Positions 9,786 to 17,754 of a stretch of DNA of 64,000 bases are shown here, one piece after another (position 1 is the first letter of the stretch; each line of letters opens with the position of its first letter). Origin of the DNA: Alphaproteobacteria bacterium (GTDB lineage Bacteria > Pseudomonadota > Alphaproteobacteria > Caulobacterales > Aquidulcibacteraceae); NCBI GenBank assembly GCA_027485915.1, contig JAIXQA010000071.1:30567-94566 (forward strand). Reading direction: 5' to 3'. Position numbers and translations under genes: made by a program. The notes beneath the pieces are model-generated. The model saw only the letters and a list, made by a program, of their open reading frames with translations. It was not told where the DNA came from and did not search any database.

Positions 9786-9938
9786 CTTAACTTCTTCCGA
9801 AGCGCTCGTTTAACGGTCCGTCTGGCTTGATTTTCTCGAAGGGTATTCTGTTGCTACAATCTGACTAGCGTGCAGAAATAGAAGCAGCTGCTAAGGTGGG
9901 TCTAATGCCAAACAGGGCTGCTTCTTTAGTATTAATGT

Positions 9939-9966
9939 CCAAACCAGACCAACCGCTTTCGGCCAA
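9939..9966 (-). repeat. Palindromic spacer repeat R0 (reverse orientation)
   Basis: Reverse complement TTGGCCGAAAGCGGTTGGTCTGGTTTGG matches 17453-17480 at 26/28. Confidence 0.75.
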
Positions 9967-10060
9967 ACCCGGCCAAAACAAGAACCAATTTCCGGATTAG
10001 GAAAGCATCGCAGGGCTGGCCATAAAACCACCAAAAAAGCCCCATTCGGGCCTCTGAACT

Positions 10061-10217
10061 GACGACTTAAGACGACTTATATTGCCCAAAAATGGACGAC
10101 TTAAAGCAAGTTATAGGGGGTGTAAGATAACTTGTCTAAAATCACATATAATCAATAGGATAAACAAACTGACGACTTGGGTCCTTTTATCTTGCCCCGC
10201 AACACAAAAAACGACTT
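10061..10217 (+). repeat. Iteron-like direct repeats, [G/A]ACGACTT x5
   Basis: Copies at 10061, 10071, 10095, 10171 and 10210 in AT-rich non-coding DNA. Confidence 0.7.
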
Positions 10218-10455
10218 ACATTTCTCTGTCGCCATTCAATCATTACCATCCAAAAGCCCGCCTCATTTTCAAGCAAAGCCAACATGGCCAGCAAGTCAGG
10301 GGATCTCTAAACAATCGCGGTTGCCTGGTAGAATCGGCTGCATCCATAACTCGGGCAGTTATTGGCCATGTAGGCCCCCAGATAGGCCATGAGCGCTTGA
10401 AGCCCCACAAATGACTCCTGAGGCGTGATTTGGCTAAAGGCTAAAGCTGAGGCTG

Positions 10456-10833
10456 TTAGAACGGCAAGGGCATTGAGGCGGGCGCTAATTGCCTTTGGCG
10501 GCGCAGTTTTGATTGAGGGCCTCGGGGTTTGGACAGTGACGGGGGCAGGGGGCTTGGCGCTCGATTGTCTTGTTCGGCTGCGTAGGCTGCGACGCGCGGT
10601 TCGCTCGAGGATCTGCGGGGCGCTGAGAGGTGTTCGTGGAAATAGTCGTCGAGGTGGCGTCGCCAATACATAGCGCGGTCACCGACATGGGTGCAAAGCG
10701 GGCCGCACCCTTCATGGAATTTCCGCGCGAGTGTCTGGGCTGCCATCTCTAAGCCCAAGTCTGTCAAATAGGCTGCTGCGTCCTTACGGTTCAGCAAGCG
10801 ATCCCGTTTTGTCTCGGTCTCTCCATCATCCAT
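10456..10833 (-). CDS. Excisionase/AlpA-like winged HTH protein
   Basis: RLLNRKDAAAYL...AAQTLAR....G.GP......RAMYWRRHLDDY pattern typical of recombination directionality factors; basic low-complexity tail. Confidence 0.75.
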   Translation of the reverse strand: MDDGETETKRDRLLNRKDAAAYLTDLGLEMAAQTLARKFHEGCGPLCTHVGDRAMYWRRHLDDYFHEHLSAPRRSSSEPRVAAYAAEQDNRAPSPLPPSLSKPRGPQSKLRRQRQLAPASMPLPF

Positions 10834-11195
10834 GGATTCAATCCTTTTCGTCTATTTCCTTCCCTGTCAGCTGAATTTTGCTGGCAAAGGTGGTCGCTGC
10901 AGGATTTATGCCGTGAGGTTGCGAGGCAATCACCTCAAGGCCATCGCATGGCTAGCATTTCCTCGGAATTGCGCGGAATTGATTGGAATGGGTAGGTTTG
11001 AGGCCATTATGTTAAGATTACTCTGAGCGATGATGACTCAATACTTTGGAGACTTAATCGTCACGGATGTTTGTCTGATTTTGGGACAGTCTTTTTTAGG
11101 TTTAATTGAGACGGTCCCCCGCTTTTCAGAGCGAATCCGCGCCATGGGGTGGCCCATCGTCCTGCCAGTTTGTGGGTTCAAGGAATGGCGACAAT

Positions 11196-11227
11196 TTGCC
11201 GAATGCGGCTGGTCTGGTTTGGGGGCG
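11196..11227 (+). repeat. Palindromic spacer repeat R1
   Basis: TTGCCGAATGCGGCTGGTCTGGTTTGGGGGC, about 20 bp from the stop of ORF 11249-11911. Confidence 0.7.
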
Positions 11228-11248
11228 CTTGGACACAAACCGCGCAGA

Positions 11249-11911
11249 TTAGCTCCTCGTTGCGAATACCTTGCGCGTTCCCTTGAACTCGCTGTCGTTG
11301 TCTACGTTTCCGTCCGTCGAGAATCGAACCTGATCGTTGAGAAATGCATCAAAGATCGATGCGATCTCGGACTGCGTGAAATGAAATAGCTGAGTCCTGC
11401 TTTGAATGTCCGACGCGATGAGAAGCCCATCGGGCATAAATCCATTGCCAGATAGCACGCCGATGACCCGCGCGTGCAACATCTTGTCGGATATGAACTT
11501 CGGAGTCCCCATCTCGGGGTACCTCGCCGTCAAGTCGTAGTTTTTGAAGATATTGCTGGCCGTTTCGCTTACAAATGGTTCGCGCCAATCCTCGTCGGCC
11601 CTCGCAACCACCTTGTGGATCTGAAGTGCCGTGTCGCGAAAATGATCTGTTACCAGCCGACATTCGATAAGCCGCCGCATGCAGACCGCGGCAACGCCGA
11701 TCGCTCGCTCGAGCATATGATAGGGATTGTGTTCGGTTTCCGCTTCCCGCAGCGCCTCGCCAAGGTGCAAGTCGATGCGCCTCTGTTGCTCGGCCAGTTC
11801 GTTCTTCCATACATAGTCCTGCCAGCTGGAAGAGCGGACGCAGCCCATTTTGCGCATCTGCTCAAGCTGCTTTTCGATATCCTCTTGCTGCATCTGAATC
11901 CTCAGCCCCAC
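11249..11911 (-). CDS. Hypothetical protein (cassette-like)
   Basis: 220 aa globular-looking ORF between R1 and R2; true start may be an internal Met. Confidence 0.7.
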   Translation of the reverse strand: MGLRIQMQQEDIEKQLEQMRKMGCVRSSSWQDYVWKNELAEQQRRIDLHLGEALREAETEHNPYHMLERAIGVAAVCMRRLIECRLVTDHFRDTALQIHKVVARADEDWREPFVSETASNIFKNYDLTARYPEMGTPKFISDKMLHARVIGVLSGNGFMPDGLLIASDIQSRTQLFHFTQSEIASIFDAFLNDQVRFSTDGNVDNDSEFKGTRKVFATRS

Positions 11912-12140
11912 TTATGGGAATAGATATTCATCCAACTTCAGCAAACTGCAAGGCTCTTGCGGAGAGCTGCCGGAACAACGCCTGCACCGGAACCAACGGA
12001 TCGAGCCATTCAGCCTAGGGGACGCGTTCGAGGATAACCTTCTGTCGGTCATAGGTTCCACCGGGAACACTAGCCAGCCTCCTCAGAAAGCGGATTCACC
12101 GGACGGTGCGATTGCACAGCAATGTCGGGGGCGCTTATTC

Positions 12141-12277
12141 AACGTCCGGTTTCAAGCAACCGCCGCCCCGTCCCATAACGACCATCCTTGGAGCAGTTGA
12201 GACCGGCGGCATTTCGGCAATAGTTGGCCGATTGCTGCTGGTCCGCTTTGGGAGCTTGGGCGGCGTAAGCGGACGTT
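12141..12277 (+). repeat. Palindromic spacer repeat R2 (long form)
   Basis: ~135 bp similar to 14390-14523; ends GGTCCGCTTTGGGAGC...AAGCGGACGTT. Confidence 0.85.
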
Positions 12278-12393
12278 TTGAGCTCCTGCGCGCCAAAGGC
12301 AGCTTTCGCTCTATCTAGCTTGTTCCATTTCCTTGATGCACGTTCTAAGAATTCAGATAATTCAAGTACGCGTTTAACCTTAAAGTAGATGGA

Positions 12394-12981
12394 TTGATGA
12401 ACAAAATGATCACCCCAGCGCTCCTTACTGAAGAACGAATACTATGGGAAGGTAAGGCGTTCCGAGGGATCATATTCCGGCCAATCGATTTGTTCTTGGT
12501 GCCGCTTAGCCTTGTTTTTGGTGGCCTATCACTGGTCTGGATTGGGAGTGCTGAGGGCACAGCTGAAGATCTAATTCTGAAACTAGGTTGCCTACCGATC
12601 CTTATTTTTGGCTTGTATGGGGCGTTAGGTAGATTTGTAATCGACGCCAGCATACGAAGGAAAATCGCCTATTTCGTGACGAATAAGCGGGTGCTCATCG
12701 TAAACAGCCATGACGGATCGACCGCTGAATGGGTCGGGATTGACAGCCTTCCTTCACTAGAGCTCGATGAGCGTCCAGACGGCTCCGGCACGATCCGTTT
12801 TGGTAAATCAGTTGGTTGGTGGACGGGTAACTTTACCCCGGAAAATGGAAGGGTCTTGGACCAGCTAGAAAGTGACATGGACATGATTTGGCAACCAATG
12901 TCGGACCCAACACCACAGTTTATAAGGATTCCGAATGCCCGCTCGGTGTATGAATTGATCCAGAGTCTGATTAAGCAATAA
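12394..12981 (+). CDS. Membrane protein with bacterial PH-like domain
   Basis: EERILWEG, two TM helices, YFVTNKRVLI, DGSGTIRFG, FIRIPNARSVYELI. Confidence 0.75.
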   Translation: MMNKMITPALLTEERILWEGKAFRGIIFRPIDLFLVPLSLVFGGLSLVWIGSAEGTAEDLILKLGCLPILIFGLYGALGRFVIDASIRRKIAYFVTNKRVLIVNSHDGSTAEWVGIDSLPSLELDERPDGSGTIRFGKSVGWWTGNFTPENGRVLDQLESDMDMIWQPMSDPTPQFIRIPNARSVYELIQSLIKQ

Positions 12982-13067
12982 GCAACATCTCCTGGCAGTT
13001 TGACGAAAACAAATTGGTGTGTCCGTTGGCTCCAGTCAGGATCTCCAAGTTTCTTTCCGCAAGGCAA

Positions 13068-13124
13068 CCTCTGGCCGAAAGGGGCTGGTCTGCTTTGGGG
13101 GCGTTGCTGGCGAAAGCGGACGTT
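13068..13124 (+). repeat. Palindromic spacer repeat R3
   Basis: CTCTGGCCGAAAGGGGCTGGTCTGCTTTGGGGGCGTTGCTGGCGAAAGCGGACGTT. Confidence 0.8.
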
Positions 13125-13240
13125 CAAAGGGTCTAGGCCCAATTTGACTGTCGCCAGCTGCCTTGGAAATGGAGCAGGCCAGATGGATGGCACATTCCGG
13201 CTCTAACTATCCAGTTACGCCTATAATTGGCTGAAGGCGG

Positions 13241-14212
13241 TCATCGCTCAAGTCCATCGGCGACGACTTCGCGGCCTAATTGCGGGGCTCGAATGAGGTG
13301 CCGGAAACGGTTAAACGTGTCTTCGCCTAGCAAACTTGAATAGGCCATAAGGCAACGCGGGTCGTATGGTTCTCTGTCTAGCCACGACCAAGGTTCAAAG
13401 CGTGCACCTGCTCGAACCAAGGCTGCATCGATTTTTTCCACTTCAGTTACCCAATTCGCTGAAACTGGTTTGGCACCGTCAATCCGGGTGCTACCATCAT
13501 TTTTGAAGTGAACTTCATAAATCGGATCGTCTCCGTCATCGGTGTGGTTGCACCCGACTTCAATTCGATTTGCATTGGCCCAGTAGCGGATTGTACGGTC
13601 GGGCAAAAAAGTATGCTGTTCTTCATATCGATCTGAAAAATAGAGTGTGAACGCGTTAAGCTCGCGTGCGGTAACGATAGTTGATGCAAGTGCAAATGCG
13701 GCTGCCAAAAGTCCAAAGCGATTTGCTGATAAAATTATGAATCTCCGGATGTAGCGAGTCGGATGCGGATCGTCCGCACGCTCGCTGCTCACCATTCGTA
13801 AGCGAGTGCCTGCTGCTCGAAAGGTACCCAAGGAACTTGTGACCGCTTGCAAAAACTCCACCGCAGCCTGCCTTGGTACAAACGCGACTATTACAAGGAA
13901 GATCCAAGCGGAAGCAAAAATCCAAGCGAAGAGGCCAATCACCGGGCCTATGCCAAAGTTATGATAGTACAATAGCGCACCGGAAGACTTGGCTGCAGAA
14001 AGCGCATTTTGCTCGATTTGCACTTCGAGAATAGGCCAAACCCAGAGCCATTTGACTATGATACCGGATACAAACACAATGTAAAAGCATACCGTTGGCC
14101 ATCGAATTAAAGGTGGTTCTTGATTACGAAGATAGACAGCGACGGGTCTCGGCACACCAATACTCACGAGCTCCTCTTCAGTCATTACCTGGTCGGAATT
14201 ACTCATGAACAC
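13241..14212 (-). CDS. Hypothetical multi-pass membrane protein (cassette-like)
   Basis: 323 aa, three hydrophobic helices and a soluble C-terminal domain; between R3 and R4. Confidence 0.7.
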   Translation of the reverse strand: MFMSNSDQVMTEEELVSIGVPRPVAVYLRNQEPPLIRWPTVCFYIVFVSGIIVKWLWVWPILEVQIEQNALSAAKSSGALLYYHNFGIGPVIGLFAWIFASAWIFLVIVAFVPRQAAVEFLQAVTSSLGTFRAAGTRLRMVSSERADDPHPTRYIRRFIILSANRFGLLAAAFALASTIVTARELNAFTLYFSDRYEEQHTFLPDRTIRYWANANRIEVGCNHTDDGDDPIYEVHFKNDGSTRIDGAKPVSANWVTEVEKIDAALVRAGARFEPWSWLDREPYDPRCLMAYSSLLGEDTFNRFRHLIRAPQLGREVVADGLER

Positions 14213-14389
14213 CTCGCAATTGGCCTAGCTACAGCCCACCTCAAAAAGTGGCATCAATCCTCCAACGCCTAATCCAGTTCCGAACAGTCATCAACCTTGA
14301 GTTCTGGTGGTCCAACTTTCCTAGAATTTAGCCATGAGCCTGTGGCATCCTTAGACGAATTTGGAGCGCACTTATTACTTGAGCCATTT

Positions 14390-14523
14390 AATGTCGGCTT
14401 TCAAGCAACCGCCAGCCCACCCCAAACAACCACCCTTGGCGCGTTTGAGACGGTCGGCATTTCGGCAATAGTTGGCCGATTGCGGATGGTCTGGTTTGGG
14501 GAGCGAGGGCGGTGAAAGCTGCC
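14390..14523 (+). repeat. Palindromic spacer repeat R4 (long form)
   Basis: AATGTCGGCTTTCAAGCAACCGCC...TTGGCCGATTGCGGATGGTCTGGTTTGGGGAGC...GAAAGCTGCC; aligns with R2. Confidence 0.85.
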
Positions 14524-14619
14524 TTTTAATGGCGAACAGATTCTTCCGATAAATCGCGGAAGCTGCGGCTCGACGGCAGGCCGCACCTTTTTTTATGATG
14601 GTTGTTTCCTAAGCTCGCA

Positions 14620-14940
14620 CTATTCGTTATCGTGCGATTTCAAGGCAGACAATTCGGCGCTTTCACGCTTTAATGGGCGCGAAACTGGACAAACTTCTTG
14701 GACGTAGGAATTCAGAGTGTTGACCAGATTCTCGCCAATCAGGCGGTAATAAACATATTGGCCACGCTTTTCACCGGCGATTAAGCCGGCATTTTCTAGG
14801 ATCGAAAGATGCTGAGATACCGCTGGCTTGGACATGTCAAAGCGCGCGGCAATCTCACCCGCACTGAGCTCTGCCTCAGACAAATAAGCAAGGATCTTCC
14901 GTCGGGGGGTAGAGGCGAGTGCTTCGAAAATTTTCTGCAT
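14620..14940 (-). CDS. ArsR/SmtB family repressor (SdpR-like)
   Basis: IFEALASTPRRKILAYL...SAGEIAARFDMSKPAVSQHLSILENAGLI...KRGQYVYY. Confidence 0.92.
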   Translation of the reverse strand: MQKIFEALASTPRRKILAYLSEAELSAGEIAARFDMSKPAVSQHLSILENAGLIAGEKRGQYVYYRLIGENLVNTLNSYVQEVCPVSRPLKRESAELSALKSHDNE

Positions 14941-14958
14941 AGTTATAATTAAGGAATA

Positions 14959-14996
14959 AGCTAATCACTTGACAAGCCCCCTTGTGTGATTAAGCT
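14959..14996. promoter_or_regulatory. Putative ArsR operator overlapping a -35 box
   Basis: Inverted repeat AGCTAATCAC..ACAAG/CTTGT..GTGATTAAGCT containing TTGACA (14969-14974), between divergent genes. Confidence 0.55.
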
Positions 14997-15030
14997 ATGA
15001 GTTAATTACTTTGCAAAATGGGAGGGGGCA

Positions 15031-15993
15031 ATGGAGGCCGGCCAACAAGGGGAAGACCGCTGTCGTGTAAACAGCCTTGAGGAGACACCTGGCTGCGATC
15101 CTACGCGCGGCTCGGTGCATTGGGACCCCGTGCACTCGCTATGGAATGGTGGAATGCTTGCCGCTTCGATCATACTGGGCCCGGTCTTGGTGACATGGGA
15201 CGCAGTTTTGGTTTTCCTCCTTCTGACTGGGGTATCGCTGCTCCTCGGGCATAGCGTTGGCTTTCACCGCCGACTTATCCATCGCAGCTTTGCCTGCCCA
15301 CTTTGGTTAGAGCGGTTCCTGGTTTGGGTAGGCACCTGTGTTGGTATGAGCGGACCGTTCTGGATGATCAGGACGCATGATTTACGAGATTGGGCGCAAA
15401 GGAACCCGCATTGCCACGACTACCTGGCGCACCGAGGTGGGATGCTGCGGGACTATTATTGGCAAGTACATTGTCGCCTTGCGCTGGATAATCCGCCTCG
15501 CTTTGATCTTGGGCGGATCGGGCGCGATCCGTTCTACCAATTCTTAGAACGAACCTGGATGTTGCAGCAGCTCCCCATTGCGGCTGTGCTATTTGGTCTC
15601 GGAGGATGGAGTTGGGTGGTTTGGGGCATTTGTATGCGGGTGACCGCATCTGTCACGGGTCATTGGTTTGTTGGCCATTTGGCACACACGCGCGGGCCGC
15701 AGAGTTGGCAAGTTGTAGCCGCCGGTGTTCAAGCCCACGACGTGCCATGGGCTGCGATCCCCACTATGGGCGAGGCTTGGCATAATAATCATCATGCTTA
15801 TCCGGGTTCGGCACGGATGGGACTCTATCCCGGTCAATCCGATTGGGGCTTCAGATTTATCTCGCTCCTCGAACGAATGGGCCTAGCATGGGATATCATT
15901 TTACCCGAGCATTTGGACCGCGCGTGGGCGATTAGATCCGTTCAATCCGATCTGATTTCCGACCAGCGCGAACTGGGGAGTCGGGCATCATGA
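15031..15993 (+). CDS. Acyl-CoA/fatty acid desaturase
   Basis: His boxes GHSVGFHRRLIH, HDLRDWAQ, WHNNHH; TM segments. Confidence 0.9.
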   Translation: MEAGQQGEDRCRVNSLEETPGCDPTRGSVHWDPVHSLWNGGMLAASIILGPVLVTWDAVLVFLLLTGVSLLLGHSVGFHRRLIHRSFACPLWLERFLVWVGTCVGMSGPFWMIRTHDLRDWAQRNPHCHDYLAHRGGMLRDYYWQVHCRLALDNPPRFDLGRIGRDPFYQFLERTWMLQQLPIAAVLFGLGGWSWVVWGICMRVTASVTGHWFVGHLAHTRGPQSWQVVAAGVQAHDVPWAAIPTMGEAWHNNHHAYPGSARMGLYPGQSDWGFRFISLLERMGLAWDIILPEHLDRAWAIRSVQSDLISDQRELGSRAS

Positions 15994-17303
15994 ACATCTT
16001 TTTCACTGAACTCGCCCGGCGCGTGCGCTATTTGGTGCTTTCGCTCTCACTCATTGCTAGCCAAAATCTTATGGTTTGGAAGGCAATGCAAACTTTTGCG
16101 CCCGATGCATCGCTTGACTCAGAGTTTTGGCTAACCCCATTGCGCAGTGCGCTTGAAATCATAGGCCTTCCGCCTCTGTGGGGCGCCCTGTTTTTCGCCT
16201 ACTTTCTCGGGGTCGCCTACATACTTGCTTTGCTCGCATTCAGCCTCGCCCGCCGAACAAAGCGTGGCTTCACGCTTGCGGTGTTGTGTGTAGTTCCTGT
16301 GATCCAGCTTGGCGCGATCGTCATCAACACACTTCTTCCTTCTAGAAAGGAAACTAACGACGATAGTCGCACTTCAAATCATGTGGCAAAGAGCATTGTT
16401 GTGGGGCTGATAGCTGGGACTGCAATCATTGTCCTCGCAGTCCTCATTTCTGCTGTCACATTTGGTGCCTACGGTTGGGGCCTATTCGTGATGACGCCTT
16501 TTCTTGTGGGGGCGGTCACTGGGTACTTGCTAAACTCAGAGTCCGACCTTGGCCTTAGTACAACGCTAAGCCTGTCCGTATTGGCTGGCGGGCTTGGAAG
16601 CCTCGCCCTAATTGTCATGGCACTGGAAGGAATTGTCTGCATCATACTTGCAGCCCCCTTGGCCCTTCCGTTGGTGATGATCGGCGCAGGGCTAGGCCGG
16701 GCTATTGCCAAGGCTCGCCATACGCGTGGCACCCCACTCATGAGTGTTGCCGTGCTGCCAATAATCTTCATGCTGGAGGGAGCTATTCCACCTGAAGCGC
16801 CGATTCATACGCGCTATGATGTCGAGATTAGTGCGCCGGCGGAAAAGGTCTGGGCTGCCTTAGTCAGCGATGAGCCAATTAGAATTTCGCCGGGGCTACC
16901 TGCCGTAGCTGGCCTTGCCTATCCAATACGCTCGAAACTTGAAGGTGAAGGCGTCGGCGCAAAACGCTTAGGCACCTTCTCCACTGGCCAAGCGACAGAA
17001 GTCGTCACCAAGTGGGTTCCCAATAGACTGCTAGCCTTCAAGGTCCAGCATCAGCCTGCTGCCATGGAAGAAATGAGCCCTTACCGGCGGGTCCATGCCC
17101 CGCATGTAGAAGGCTATTTTGTAACCGGGGAGACCCGCTTTGATCTGGTCCCCCTTACAAAGGATCGGACGCGGCTACAGATCACTTCAGAACATGTGCT
17201 AGGAATTGATCCGATCCCCTACTGGGAGCCGATTGCGCGCTTGGCAATCTGGTCCAACGTCAGTCGCGTTCTCGACGACATAAAGGCAAAGTCGGAGACA
17301 TGA
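15990..17303 (+). CDS. Multi-pass membrane protein with C-terminal SRPBCC domain
   Basis: Many TM helices, then VEISAPAEKVWAALV...EGVGAKRLGTF...WVPNRLLAF; overlaps desaturase stop. Confidence 0.8.
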   Translation: MNIFFTELARRVRYLVLSLSLIASQNLMVWKAMQTFAPDASLDSEFWLTPLRSALEIIGLPPLWGALFFAYFLGVAYILALLAFSLARRTKRGFTLAVLCVVPVIQLGAIVINTLLPSRKETNDDSRTSNHVAKSIVVGLIAGTAIIVLAVLISAVTFGAYGWGLFVMTPFLVGAVTGYLLNSESDLGLSTTLSLSVLAGGLGSLALIVMALEGIVCIILAAPLALPLVMIGAGLGRAIAKARHTRGTPLMSVAVLPIIFMLEGAIPPEAPIHTRYDVEISAPAEKVWAALVSDEPIRISPGLPAVAGLAYPIRSKLEGEGVGAKRLGTFSTGQATEVVTKWVPNRLLAFKVQHQPAAMEEMSPYRRVHAPHVEGYFVTGETRFDLVPLTKDRTRLQITSEHVLGIDPIPYWEPIARLAIWSNVSRVLDDIKAKSET

Positions 17304-17448
17304 TCGGCATTTGGTTTGCAGAATGCGCTCTGCTTGGGTTTGGCAACAGCATTTGCCCCCTCTCTGCCTCACAAGCCAGCGAAAGACTGGTCGCGAATGC
17401 GGTTCCAAATGTCTGACTGGTTGGTTCGTCTGCCTTGAACGAATTACC

Positions 17449-17507
17449 ACTCTTGGCCGAAAGCGGACGGTCTGGTTTGGGGTGCGTAAGGTGGGAAAGC
17501 TGCCGTT
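17449..17507 (+). repeat. Palindromic spacer repeat R5
   Basis: CTCTTGGCCGAAAGCGGACGGTCTGGTTTGGGGTGCGTAAGGTGGGAAAGCTGCCGTT. Confidence 0.8.
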
Positions 17508-17754
17508 CCGAAGAGTGGGAGCACTTCAATCGCCGAATAATTTTAGTCAGAAATGATCCCGGTAAGCAGGCCGGATTCTCTCCTTTTAAATATAACAAAC
17601 TAGCCTTCACTTAGGCCTCAGAGCCTTAGTCTAGTCCTTAGCAAACGATTATTACGGACAGAGATTATTTTTTGCTTGTGTAATCCTAAATCCGTGGCAA
17701 ATTTCCTTACCTTAAATGTTTAATAACCAAGAAAATAAAATTGGGTGGGTTTTC

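Noticed and set aside
9939-17507. Palindromic repeats as CRISPR or a classical integron
   Set aside because: Spacing is kilobases and irregular; no GTTRRRY/RYYYAAC attC ends recognised; the integrase is P4-like with an arm-binding domain, not IntI.
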